From Phycisphaerae bacterium (GTDB lineage Bacteria; Planctomycetota; Phycisphaerae; UBA1845; Fen-1342), in contig JASFQK010000013.1 of the NCBI GenBank assembly GCA_050115495.1, positions 64,001-128,000 of the forward strand: DNA of 64,000 nt. Reading direction: 5' to 3'. Shown piece by piece: positions 26,678 to 38,034 of the stretch (position 1 is its first letter; every line of letters begins with the position of its first letter). Under the pieces are notes generated by a model. It was not told the DNA's origin. It searched no databases and saw only the letters and a list, made by a program, of their open reading frames with translations. Both the position numbers and the translations under genes were made by a program.

Positions 26678-28609
26678 CTACTGCGCATTCGGCCCGAGTT
26701 CGCGGACGTCGCCGACTCGGCGAGTGATGCCCATCTTGTCCATGTGCTCGATGATCGGCACCATGAACTTCCGCGAAGAGTCGGCCAGCGTCCGCAGATC
26801 GCCCAAGCCCAACGGACCTCGCTTGCGGATCGTCGACGTCACCAGGTCGATGAGTTCGTTCCACCGGCGTTCGTGCAGCCAGTACTCGCTCGATATCCGC
26901 TCCAGCCGCCCCTGCGTCGCCGCCAGGTCGATGAGCTGCCGCAGCCGCTTCTCGTTGCCCGGGCGGTAGCACGAGAGCTCGGTCAGCACCGGCGGCTGGT
27001 ACGCGGCGGCGTCGATCTGTTGCAGGATGCTGTCGAACAGGGCCTGGTCGCCGGGCGACATCTTCTGTCGCTCGCCCGCCGGCCGCACGTGCTCCAGATC
27101 CAGGATGAACGGGCCGGACTTGAGGAAGTGCTCGGCCAGGACCGGCCGCAGGCGCGGCGGGCACGCGCTGGGCATCCAGGCCGGCCACTGCGGCCGCGGC
27201 AGCCCGGGCAGACGCGGATTGTCCTGCATGTACGCCTTGAGCCGGACGAGCAGGTTGTCGGTGAGCGCCTCCAGCCACGCGTTGTGCACGTGCACGCGCA
27301 GCGACGCCGCCTCGAACAGGCGGATCTTGCCGCCGCCCATCAGCCGTTGGCACAGCTCCGCCGCCTCGGCCTCATCACGCAGCCCGGCCAGCATGGCCAG
27401 TTGCTGATAGTCGAGCGGCTGCCACTCGGCGTTGCGGATGACCTCTTCGAGCCGGGCCGGTGGTTGGCCGTCCAGCAGGGCTTCGAGCCCCTCGCGGTAG
27501 GCCGGTCGGCGAGCCGTCCACAAACGCGTCACCGGCCGCACGACGGCCCCGCCGCCGAGCGTCCGCCGGCCGCTCTCGTCGCGAAGGATGAAGCGCTCGT
27601 TCCAGACGGCGACGATCGGCTCGGCGGTCTTGAGCTGGCCGAAGACGCCGCGGATGTCCTGGTCGTCGGGCTTGTCCAGCAGGCGCAGCTCGGTGAGCAC
27701 CTCACTGGTGGCCATGTGCAGGCGGAGGCGCAGCGTCTGCCGGCGAGTCTTGCCGGGCATGCGCAGCCACGCGAGCCAGACGTCGAGATAGCGGGTGGCT
27801 TGCAGGTAGCCGGGCGTGGACAACGTGCAACCGCGGCCGGCGCCGGCCTGCTCGATGCCGGCGAGATTGACCGCCAGGCGGACCCGGCCGAAGGTCGCCT
27901 CGCGTGAGTCGTTGTGCACCTGGAGGTCGCGGACGCGGACGCGCTGTCCGCCCGGCCACAGCACGCACTCGTCCTCGCGGGCGACCGACCCGTGGGCGAC
28001 CGTGCCCGTGGCCACCGTCCCGCGCCCGGAGACCGTAAACGAGCGGTCGATCGGCATGCGGAACCACGTCTGCGGGGCTCGCCGGCGGCTGCGCTCGGTG
28101 GCCAGGCCGGCGAGCAGGTGGCCGAGCTCTTCGACGCCGCGGCCGTCTTCGGCCGACGTCCGCGCCCAGCCCACGGCTTCCAGCCCCAGGTCGGCGAGCA
28201 GCCCGCGGACCTCTTCTTCAACCTGGTCCGCCCACTCCTCGTCGACAAGGTCCATCTTGGTCAAAGCCACGACGCACTGCTTCACGCCGAGCAGGGCGAG
28301 CACTTCGGCGTGCTCACGTGTCTGGGGCATGACGGAGTCGTCGGCGGCGACGACCAGCAGGGCCAGGTCGATACCGCTCGCGCCGGCGAGCATGTTGCGG
28401 ATGAAGCGTTCGTGGCCGGGCACGTCGACGAACGAGATGTCGCAGCCGTCGATCCGGGCGTGGGCGAAGCCGAGGTCGATGGTCATGCCCCGGGCCTTCT
28501 CTTCGGGCAGGCGGTCCGGGTCAGACCCGGTCAGGGCCAGCACGAGCCGGCTCTTGCCATGATCGATGTGCCCGGCGGTCCCGACGACGAGATTGGCGGT
28601 CGCATCCAT
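26678..28609 (-). CDS. selB: Selenocysteine-specific elongation factor SelB
   Basis: GTAGHIDHGKS, DRLPEEKARGMTIDLGFA, DVPGHERFIRNM; C-terminal winged helices SRKF..P..E..D..GIT.R.GD.R. Confidence 0.96.
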   Translation of the reverse strand: MDATANLVVGTAGHIDHGKSRLVLALTGSDPDRLPEEKARGMTIDLGFAHARIDGCDISFVDVPGHERFIRNMLAGASGIDLALLVVAADDSVMPQTREHAEVLALLGVKQCVVALTKMDLVDEEWADQVEEEVRGLLADLGLEAVGWARTSAEDGRGVEELGHLLAGLATERSRRRAPQTWFRMPIDRSFTVSGRGTVATGTVAHGSVAREDECVLWPGGQRVRVRDLQVHNDSREATFGRVRLAVNLAGIEQAGAGRGCTLSTPGYLQATRYLDVWLAWLRMPGKTRRQTLRLRLHMATSEVLTELRLLDKPDDQDIRGVFGQLKTAEPIVAVWNERFILRDESGRRTLGGGAVVRPVTRLWTARRPAYREGLEALLDGQPPARLEEVIRNAEWQPLDYQQLAMLAGLRDEAEAAELCQRLMGGGKIRLFEAASLRVHVHNAWLEALTDNLLVRLKAYMQDNPRLPGLPRPQWPAWMPSACPPRLRPVLAEHFLKSGPFILDLEHVRPAGERQKMSPGDQALFDSILQQIDAAAYQPPVLTELSCYRPGNEKRLRQLIDLAATQGRLERISSEYWLHERRWNELIDLVTSTIRKRGPLGLGDLRTLADSSRKFMVPIIEHMDKMGITRRVGDVRELGPNAQ

Positions 28610-28639
28610 GGCCGGCATTGTACCGGCCGAGCCGCTGAT

Positions 28640-28990
28640 TGTGGCACCGGATTGCATCCGGTGCGTCGCCACCCGCTGATTCGCGAACCGCCCGTAGCGT
28701 CGGCCCCCGTGGCCGACGTCGATCTTCGACAAACGCGGGACTCGCAACGTAGCGGCCGGTCTCCGTGCCGGCCGCCGATTGCCAACAAGCGTTCGTCCCC
28801 GCTTTGTACCGGCAGGGAGGCGGTTTCTCCAGCAGTCCGCCGTATCCGCGATTCACCGGTCGCTTCCGCTCGCGGCTCGGACTGACGTCACTCGCGTTCG
28901 CGCGCAGCGTGGCATGCCGAAGCGCAGCGCCGGCATGTCTGCTCGTCGTGTCGGGGACAATCCGCCCGCGCTTACCGCTTGGGCATGTCG
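28640..28990. repeat. Composite REP-like mosaic, copy A
   Basis: GT(A/G)G-headed hairpins; direct repeat of 29689-30125. Confidence 0.85.
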
Positions 28991-28999
28991 CACACCGCT

Positions 29000-29542
29000 C
29001 TACTCTCCACTCTCTCCTGTTCTCCTCTCTCGCGCAGCGTTGATGGCTTCCGCCAGCCGTTCCGGCGTCGGCGAACCGATGAGCAGGGGGCGTTTGTCGG
29101 CGAGCTTCAGTTGCACGCCGCGGTTGCCGCGCAGGGTGTACGCCCATCCGCGGCCGTCGAGGGCGAAACGGATGCCCCAGCCGCCGTATTCGCCCAGTGG
29201 TTTGTACGTGCGTGCCTGGCAGTCGACGATGCTGTCGAGCGGCACCGTCCGCCCCCAGATCGGGAACAGGCGCACCCGGACGGCGTCGTCGCGCACCTCG
29301 ACGCTCAGCGTGGCCGACACCAGGAACGCCGGCAGGAGCAGCCCGAATAGCACCCAGAGGAAGACGACCAGCGTCGTCCCGCACCCGGGCGCGTCGCCGA
29401 CCGGCGATCGTTCCAGGACGATTTGGCTGACGAACAGCCACCAGCCGAACACCGCCAGCGGCAGCCCCACGACCCAGAACCCCGGATGCGGCCGCCGGTG
29501 GCGTTCTTCGTAGATAGTCGGGGACTGAATCGCGGAGATCAT
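29000..29542 (-). CDS. Small two-TM membrane protein with bacterial PH-like domain (DUF6141-like)
   Basis: Two TM helices followed by YKPLGEYGGWGIR...AYTLRGNRGVQL...LLIGS. Confidence 0.82.
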   Translation of the reverse strand: MISAIQSPTIYEERHRRPHPGFWVVGLPLAVFGWWLFVSQIVLERSPVGDAPGCGTTLVVFLWVLFGLLLPAFLVSATLSVEVRDDAVRVRLFPIWGRTVPLDSIVDCQARTYKPLGEYGGWGIRFALDGRGWAYTLRGNRGVQLKLADKRPLLIGSPTPERLAEAINAARERRTGESGE

Positions 29543-29688
29543 GGGAGCCTTCCTTCCAGTGCGCACAGCACCGCACACGCACCGCATACGTATACGCGGC
29601 GCACCCGTGATAATTGCGGCGGCGGTTTGGAACGGCGGCGTCTGAGCCGGAATCCCGGTCGGCACGCGCGTAGTGTTGGCACCCCAAA

Positions 29689-30125
29689 TGTGGCACCGGA
29701 TTGCATCCGGTGCGTCGTCACGCGCTCGCTCGCCGATCCGCGCGTGGCGCCGGCCCCCCGTGGCCGACGTCGATCTTCGACAAACGCGGGACTCGCAACG
29801 TAGCGGCTCCCGGCGCGCCGGGATGTCGGCCGTCGCTGTAGTGTCCGGGCTCCGCACCGGCCGTCGATCGCCAACGAGTATTCGCCCCCCCTCTGTCCGA
29901 GCCCCGACCGGCAGGGAGCGGTCTCTCCAGCAATCCACCGTATCCGCGCTTGACCGGTCGCTTCCGCTCGCGGCTCGGACTGTCGTCACTCGTGTCTGCG
30001 CAGTGTGGCATGCCGAAGCCTCGGGCGCCGGCATGTCTTCCTCTCGCGTCGAGAACACCATGCCCGCACCTCAGAGCTTGGGCATGCCAAACCCCGTAGT
30101 TTCCGGGCTTCGCACCGGACGTCTT
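29689..30125. repeat. Composite REP-like mosaic, copy B
   Basis: Shares GTGGCACCGGATTGCATCCGGTGC and CGTCGATCTTCGACAAACGCGGGACTCGCAACGTAGCGG with copy A. Confidence 0.85.
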
Positions 30126-30390
30126 CCGCAGCGGCCGATACAGGCGCACCCAACAGGGATTGGCGCGGCGCGAGTCAGGCGGGACGGCGGCCACTGCTCC
30201 GCGTCCCTGGTGACCGTCTGCCGCCGGAGTCTGGTATATGAGGCTGGGCGCGAGCCGCTATCACCAGTAGACTGCGGATGTGATATTCAGTGGGACGCTG
30301 TCAGGAGAAGAACCGTGTCATGCACGCACCGCAACAGCGCAGCTCGGAGGATTCGACGGTTCTGAGCGTGTTCTACGGAGGTAATGTGTT

Positions 30391-31185
30391 GTGCCGAGGC
30401 CTGCTCACGCCATCGCTGGTTGGGTTGCGGTTGTCTACACCATTTCTGAACGTCTTCTGAAGTTGTCTCAGAGTCGTGCGGGGCGCGAGTGCTATGGTCC
30501 GTCACCGTGGCAGTTTCGCGCAGACGGCAGAACGATATGGCGCGACGACGTCCGTGTCTGGATACCCGAATCCCAGACTGAGCGGATGGAGCGCGAGCGC
30601 CGCTTGGCTGAGGCCGAACGAGCCGAACGAGCCGCGCAGGAATACGTTCTTCGACACAATGCTGAATTGAACGACATCGTGCGACTTGCGCAGAGCCTCT
30701 GGGAGTATCCCGAGGCTCGTCCGAATGCCAAGACGGTTGCTCGCCTACAACGCCTTGTCACGAAGACTTCGGCGATCCGGAAGCTCCGCAACTTGGCCGA
30801 TCGAAGTCGTGTTGACCCAGTTCAGGGCCCCAAGCTCAGGCGTCCAACAAAACGAATGAAGGCAATGGCGGACTTGGCGGAGGTCTGGGATGCCTTGGCG
30901 AACCTGCACAGCGCTGCGCCCCGGGAAGAGCAGGCTGAGGCGCGACCGTCGGAGGCGTTGGTTCCCCAAGAGAGTGATCTCACGCACCCAGTGTGCGTGG
31001 CCGACATCGCCAGAAACCTGCCGCGGCAACACGGTGGCGGCCGGAGCGACAAACTCGGCGACAAGCTGAGGCGTATGAAGGCTCGGATGCAGAAACTCGC
31101 GGGCAGGTGGTACGTCGAGCGCGAGGACGCGCAGCGACTTCTACCCGCATACCGGAAGTGGGCTACTCGGCAGACCGACGAGTAA
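30391..31185 (+). CDS. Orphan protein with possible C-terminal DNA-binding domain
   Basis: GGAGG RBS + GTG; homologous to 31414-31908; lower GC than flanks. Confidence 0.7.
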   Translation: MPRPAHAIAGWVAVVYTISERLLKLSQSRAGRECYGPSPWQFRADGRTIWRDDVRVWIPESQTERMERERRLAEAERAERAAQEYVLRHNAELNDIVRLAQSLWEYPEARPNAKTVARLQRLVTKTSAIRKLRNLADRSRVDPVQGPKLRRPTKRMKAMADLAEVWDALANLHSAAPREEQAEARPSEALVPQESDLTHPVCVADIARNLPRQHGGGRSDKLGDKLRRMKARMQKLAGRWYVEREDAQRLLPAYRKWATRQTDE

Positions 31186-31413
31186 CAGAACCGCGTCTCT
31201 TCCCCGGCTTGCCCCGCGATCCCCCATCATTCCCCACGCGGCCGTCCGCGAAAACCGTAAATCGTTGAAAAGCAAGGCGCTTCCAGCGGTGTCGCACGGC
31301 ACGACCTGTTTGGCTAATACTGTAGGTGCTGGGGCCGCACGGACGCGTCTCCGACGGCGACATGCTTTGGGCGCAGCGTCATCGTGGACGCTGCCTCGGA
31401 TAGGAGACTGACG

Positions 31414-31908
31414 ATGCCGAAGCCCCCACATGAGCTTGACCAGTGGGTTGCTGACATGTACGAACTGGCGACCATGTTCGCTGACTTGCTGAGTGATTCA
31501 CCATCACGCAATTGCTTCGGCCCGAGTGTCTGGGAGTGCTACGACCTCTTCAGTCGCTCTTCCCCTGAGACTCTGCCTCAGCGCATCAAGCGAGAACGGT
31601 GCGAGCAGGAGAGGGCGGCCGCCGCTCAGGCCGCAGAGACGTACCTGCAACGCCATAATGCGGCCCTACGAGAAGCGCGTCGCCTTGCCAACGCTTTGTG
31701 GGACTACTCGGAGTTGCGGCCCACAACGCGCGCACTTCAGCGGCTGATCGACGAGACGGAGAGTGTGCAGAATCTGCGAGACGTGAGGGATTTCTCGGGC
31801 GGCGAGGAAGCGTGCGCGACGTACGAGGCTCTTTCCAAGCGATGGGATGAGGAAGCGAACCGCCGAAGTGGGCCGCGACGCACGCCGAAGCTCCGGTTGT
31901 GGCCGTAG
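31414..31908 (+). CDS. Orphan paralogue
   Basis: AGGAG RBS + ATG; MPKPPHELDQWV aligns with MPRPAHAIAGWV. Confidence 0.7.
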   Translation: MPKPPHELDQWVADMYELATMFADLLSDSPSRNCFGPSVWECYDLFSRSSPETLPQRIKRERCEQERAAAAQAAETYLQRHNAALREARRLANALWDYSELRPTTRALQRLIDETESVQNLRDVRDFSGGEEACATYEALSKRWDEEANRRSGPRRTPKLRLWP

Positions 31909-31950
31909 AGGCGCCAGTCACCAACGGTCGCAACCGATCGTTTCACTGAC

Positions 31951-32616
31951 TCATCCCCCCGCCCCCACCATCTCCCCCACCAACCCCGCCGTAATCTCCA
32001 TCAGCGCATGCACCACCCGCCCCGCGCCCGCTTCGACCAGCGTCGCTACAGGGTGCGTACCCGCGTACGCGATGACCGCCATGCCCGCTGCTCGGGCGGC
32101 GGCGATGCCTACGGGGGCGTCTTCCACGACCACGCATTGCGCCGGCGGGACGCCGAGCCGCTCGGCCGCCAGCAGGAAGACGTCCGGCGCCGGCTTGCCG
32201 TGGCGCACGTCGGTGCCGCTCACCGTCGCCGCGAAGAACGCTCCCAGCCCCGCCTCGCGCAGCACAAGCTCCAGGTTCTCCGGCGGGCCAGACGTGCCGA
32301 CCGCCAGCACGAGCCCGCCGGCGGCGAGGGCGGTCAGCGTCTCGCGCACGCCGGCACAGAGCGGCACACGGCCGGTGATGAGCTCGCGGTAGAGGACCTC
32401 CTTGCGGTCGACGAGGCGCCGAATGTCGTCGTCTGTCGTGTTTTCGCCCCAAATGGTGCGAATGATGTCCCGGCTGCGCATGCCGAACGTGCGCGTGAAC
32501 GTCTCCGGCGACACGTCGAGGCCGTGCTCGCGGGCCAGCAACTGCCAGCTTTCGAGGTGCGGCCCACCCGAATCGACCAGCACGCCGTCCATATCGAAGA
32601 TCACAGCCTGGGGCAC
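31951..32616 (-). CDS. HAD-family phosphatase (beta-phosphoglucomutase-like)
   Basis: IFDMDGVLVDS, GKPAPDVF, VVEDAPVG. Confidence 0.93.
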   Translation of the reverse strand: MPQAVIFDMDGVLVDSGGPHLESWQLLAREHGLDVSPETFTRTFGMRSRDIIRTIWGENTTDDDIRRLVDRKEVLYRELITGRVPLCAGVRETLTALAAGGLVLAVGTSGPPENLELVLREAGLGAFFAATVSGTDVRHGKPAPDVFLLAAERLGVPPAQCVVVEDAPVGIAAARAAGMAVIAYAGTHPVATLVEAGAGRVVHALMEITAGLVGEMVGAGG

Positions 32617-32785
32617 GAACACCTCCGCGGAGCCTCCGCCGGCCGCCGCCGACGGAACGTACGGTTTCCGACAGACCGGCGAGCCGCCGCCAGAGCCGGT
32701 CCGCCGACACAATAGCGCGGGACGATACCCCGCCGGCCGCACACGAGCCAGCCGCACGCTGACGGCCGACGCCAGCCCACCGTCT

Positions 32786-32919
32786 GGAAGCTGGAGCCCG
32801 GAAGCCGGAAGCCCGAAGCTGGCAGCCGGCGGGTGGTAGCCGCAAGCTGGAGCTCGGAAGCTGAACGCTGAAAGCTGAAAGCTGAGGGCTGACGGCTGAC
32901 GGCTGAAGGCTGATGGCTG
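32786..32919. repeat. Heptamer tandem repeats (GAAGCYG / GCTGANN)
   Basis: gctgaac gctgaaa gctgaaa gctgagg gctgacg gctgacg gctgaag gctgatg in a divergent intergenic region. Confidence 0.85.
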
Positions 32920-32968
32920 CCCTCCCGGCACGTTGAGCGACGCCGCCGGCCCGCATACACTGGCTCGC

Positions 32969-33745
<777 letters not shown>

Positions 33746-36494
33746 GCGGGTCCGCACGGCCGGCGCATTACTGGCAATCGCCCTGGGGGTGGGGGCGGTC
33801 GTGTGGGTGAGCTGCTGCTATGAGTCCGTGCGCCTGACGGTGGGGCAGTGGGCGGGGGCGTACGTCGGGCGGAGCCAGATCAACATCGAATCACCGCTGG
33901 GCCGGCTGACGCAGTTCTCGTCGCGCCTGCTGAAGCCGGTGAGCGAACTGCCCAAGGTGGCCTACGCGGCGCCGCTGCTCGTCCAGCGGTTGCGCGGCAA
34001 GCCGATACGCCCGCACGATTACGAAGAGGACCGGCGCTACGATCCCTGGACCTGCTGGGAGGTGGACTACAACGGCATCGACGTGGACCGTGAAGCGAAC
34101 GTGCGTGACAACCAGATCGTCGCCGGCCGGATGTTACAGGCGGACGACGAGTTCGGCTGCGTAGTCGAAGAGGCGTGGGCGAAGGAGATCGGGCTGGAGG
34201 TGGGGGATTACCTGATCACCTGGAGCGAGGAAGGCCGCACGCAGTACAAGCTGAACGTCGTGGGGCTGGTCATCCGGCGGCGCATCGCCCGGTTCCAGCC
34301 GCCGACGGCGCTCGTGCGGTTGCAGGATCTCCAGACGATCAACAACAAGTGGGGGTTCGTCACATCGATCGACGTCGTGCTGCGCGACAAGGATCCGAAG
34401 ACGATCCGGCGCGTGTCGCGACAGATACGGTCGCTCGTCCGCCAGCAGGGCATCCAGGCGAATGTGCGCAACGCCGAAAGCCGGATGAGACAGGTGGAAG
34501 GCGCCCAGCGGCAACAGGACGTTGTGCTGGGGTTGCTGAGCTGCGTGGCGATGCTGACGGCGCTGTTCATCATCCTGAGCACGCTGAGCATGGGCATGCT
34601 CGAACGCATCTCGCAACTCGGCCTGCTGCGCTGCGTGGGGGCGACCGGATGGCAACTGGCGACGTTGGTCTTCGTCGAGGTGCTGCCGCTCGGCGTAATC
34701 GGGATCGCGGCGGGCATGCCGCTCGGGTTGGGGCTGACGGCGCTGACGGTCTGGCTGGTTCCGGACTACATTGGAGATTTCGTCATCAGTTGGTGGGGGA
34801 TGCTCCGGGCAGCGGGGGCCGGGCTGGCCACGACGATCGTGGCGGCCAGCCTGCCGGCGCTGAGCGCCCTGAGCGTCTCGCCGCTCGAAGCCTCGCGGCC
34901 GCGGGCGCGGCATCCGCGGCGCACGCCGCTCATCGTGCTGTTCATCATCGGACTGGCGCTGCTGGCCGGGCAGGTGTTCATCGAGCAGCACATGGTGCGC
35001 CGCGATTTCGAGTTCGTGAACTGGTCCGCGACAGCGATCGTGCTGTTGTATCTGGTGTACGCGCTGGCGGCGCCGCTGGCGGTGTGGGTGCTCGGTTCGC
35101 CGGCGGTGATGCTGATGTCGCGCGTGATCCGCGTGCGCTCCCGGCTACTTCAGGACCAGGTGGGCCGCGCGGCGTGGCGATCGGCGGGGATCTGCTGCGG
35201 GTTGATGGTCGGGCTCTCGCTGATCGTGGCCCTCGTGGTGCTGAACACGAGCTTCCGGGCCGGCTGGCAGTTCCCGCGCGAGTTCGCCGAGGCGTATATC
35301 TGGAGCTTCGACCAGATCAACCTCGATTCGACGGAGGCGGCCCGCAGGCTGGCGGAAACACCCGGTATTAAGAAGGGCACGCTGGCCAACGCCGTGAACG
35401 TCGTGGTCGAGGAAGGCCCGAACTCGCCGACGGCGCGAGTCCTGCGGTCAGCAACCTGGTTCCTGGGCATCGACCCGGACACGTTCTTCGACATGATGCG
35501 GATGGAGTTCGTCGAGGGGGACGAGGAGACGGCGAAAACGCTGCTCAAGCAGGGCGGCCACGTGTTGATCGCCGTGGACTTCGCCCGCACGCGAAACAAA
35601 CGCTACCTGAGCCCCGACGAAGAGAAGCGCGGGGATATGTCGAACAAGGTGCGCGTGTGGTACTCGGACCGGGGTTCACGCACGTTCCGCGTGGCGGGCG
35701 TGGTGGACTCGCCGGCGCTGGACATCGCGGCGAGCTTCTTCCAGGCGCAGTCGGAGATGCGCGTGGTGGCGGTGGGCTCGGTGATCGGAACGAACGCCGA
35801 CCTCAAGCGCTACTACGCGATCGAAGGTGTACGGCTGGCGCTGGTGGATTTCGATTTGCCGCCGGAGCCGGTGCCGCCGGGCTGGCCGCCGGATCCGGAT
35901 TCTGCGGACGCGGCGGGGCTGACGGTTGACTTCTACGACCGGCAGATACCGGTGGACCAGCGCTGGCAGCGCTGGCGCGAGGAAGCGGTGCTCCGCGACC
36001 TGCGCGCGCGGTTGGGCGCACCGCAAGCCTACGGCGGGACGGCCCGTGCCCTGAAGGACAGGATCGACAGCGAACTGACGAAGGGCACGTACCTCCTGAC
36101 CGCCGTGCCGATCGTGGCGCTGCTCGTGGCGGCGATCGGCGTGGCCAACCTGATGACCGCCAACGTCGCCAGCCGGACGAAGCAGTTGGCGATCCTGCGC
36201 GCCGTGGGGGCGACGCGCGGACAAATCCTGCGCATGGTCGTCGGCGAGGCCCTCGTGCTCGGCGTGCTTGGTAGCGGGTTGGGCCTGGCTCTCGGGCTGC
36301 ACTTGGCGGCGAACGTTACCGAGATGACGATCGTGTTCTGGGGGTTCGAGGCGCCGCTGACCGTGCCGTGGGGATTCGTCGGCGGCGCGGTCGCGCTCAC
36401 CGTGGGACTGTGCGTGCTGGCGGGGATCCTGCCGGCGCGGCACGCGTCGCGCACGAACGTGATCGAGGCCCTGCACGTCGCGTAAGGAGCAGCC

Positions 36495-37781
36495 ATGCGG
36501 ACGCTGCTGGTGTCATTCGTCGCGGTCTGCGTGCTGATGGTGGGGGCGTACATCTGGCGGATGACCAACGTGGTCATCGACCCGGAGCCGCCGGCGGCGC
36601 CCGTGGCAGCGCCCGAGGCGCCGACGCCGGCCGTTGCGGCCGAGAGCGCACGCGAAGCAACCCCTCAACACGGGGTGGAGCAGACATCAAACGCCGAACT
36701 CCGGGTGGGGCGGGCATCAGACTCCCAGCTCGGGGAGGGGCAGGCGCCGAACCCCGAGCTAGGCGTGGAGCAGACGCCGGGCCCCCAAGTCGGGGAGGGG
36801 CAGGCGCCGGATTCCCAACTCCGGGAGGGGCAGGTGTCTCGCCTGCCGCCTTCGCCAGGAGATCGGGGAATGTCGGGCGGGACGCCCGCCCCACCCCAGT
36901 CCGCCCCACCCGAACCCGACTCGCCCCAGTCCGATGCACCTCAGTCTGAATCACCCGAGCCCGTCGTCGCCGAGTTGCCGGAGAGTGCGCCGGCGCCGCC
37001 CGAGCCAGCCGTGCGTTGGGCCGATGAACAGGCCACGCGTGCGGCGGAGGAGCGGCTGGTCGAAGCGCGGGCCGTGCTCGCGGACGATCCGCTGCATCCG
37101 CGAGCCCTGGCCGACGAGTTGGCAGCGCTGCGCGAACTGGGCCGCTGGGCCGAGGCGGCCGACACACTCATCCGCTTGGTCGAGGCGGCTCCCGAGGATG
37201 TCGACCGGCGGTTCGAACTGGCCGAGGTGCTCGTGCGGCTGAAGCGCTGGGTGGCCGCCACGCACGCACTGCGAGCGATCGTGCGGGACCAGCCCGAGAA
37301 CGTGCCAGCTTGGGAGCTGCTGGCCGGCGTGCAACAGGCGCTCGGACGCCTCGGCGACGCCGAGCGGAGTTGCACACGCGCCCTGGAACTCGATCCGGAG
37401 CAAGTGGCGACGCGGCAGCGGCGTGCCGAGGTACGCCTAGCGTTGCACGACTGGGCGGAAGCGCTGGCCGACTTCGAGGTGCTCCTGCAGCGGTCGCCGG
37501 CGGACGTCGAGGCGGCGCTCGGGGCGGCGCAGGCCGAGGCTGGTACGGGCGACCTGGCCGCAGCCCGGGCTCGGCTGGAGGCGATCATCGCCGACAACCC
37601 GCGACACGTCGTAGCCCTGAACCGCTTGGCGGAGCTGGCTTGGCAGGAGTACCGCACGACAGGCGAGCGTCCCGCCCTGTCCGCGACGGCGTCCCGGTGC
37701 CGCCAATCCCTGGCCATCGACCCCAACCAACCGGCCATCCAAGCCCTCCTCGATTCCGCCCTCGCCGCGGGGGCGGAGTAG
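36495..37781 (+). CDS. Membrane-anchored TPR protein with repeat linker
   Basis: N-terminal TM helix; TPR motifs (RALELDPE, SLAIDPNQP). Confidence 0.88.
   Translation: MRTLLVSFVAVCVLMVGAYIWRMTNVVIDPEPPAAPVAAPEAPTPAVAAESAREATPQHGVEQTSNAELRVGRASDSQLGEGQAPNPELGVEQTPGPQVGEGQAPDSQLREGQVSRLPPSPGDRGMSGGTPAPPQSAPPEPDSPQSDAPQSESPEPVVAELPESAPAPPEPAVRWADEQATRAAEERLVEARAVLADDPLHPRALADELAALRELGRWAEAADTLIRLVEAAPEDVDRRFELAEVLVRLKRWVAATHALRAIVRDQPENVPAWELLAGVQQALGRLGDAERSCTRALELDPEQVATRQRRAEVRLALHDWAEALADFEVLLQRSPADVEAALGAAQAEAGTGDLAAARARLEAIIADNPRHVVALNRLAELAWQEYRTTGERPALSATASRCRQSLAIDPNQPAIQALLDSALAAGAE
36661..36840 (+). repeat. Six in-frame 30-bp tandem units
   Basis: Period 30, e.g. ACTCCCAGCTCGGGGAGGGGCAGGCGCCGA. 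Confidence 0.85.
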
Positions 37782-37975
37782 GGGATAGTGCTTTCGCCTT
37801 TGGGGTGGCTGCGTCTGTAATGTACTGTGGGTTCTGGGTTTACAGCGGTATCTTTGGTGGGGCGTCGATGCCCGGCGGACCGTGGGCGGAACGTCCTGAG
37901 GGGCCCGTGCGAGGCAGAGGGACGCCGCCGGTGCCGCAGAACCCATCGTGAGTTCGGGACAATCCACCACCAAGC

Positions 37976-38013
37976 GTTAGATAATCTAACACGCAGTGTT
38001 AGATTATCTAACA
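37976..38013. other. AT-rich double palindrome
   Basis: GTTAGATAATCTAAC-ACGCAGT-GTTAGATTATCTAAC. Confidence 0.9.
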
Positions 38014-38034
38014 TCGGGCAGACGCGTGGCGTCA

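Noticed and set aside
28640..30125. Repeats as a CRISPR array
   Set aside because: No constant repeat with unique, regularly sized spacers; no cas genes
37976..38012. Integron attC site (ATCTAAC..GTTAGAT match the core consensus) or dif site
   Set aside because: Far too short for attC, with no integrase or cassette array; it does not fit the XerC/XerD 11-6-11 layout
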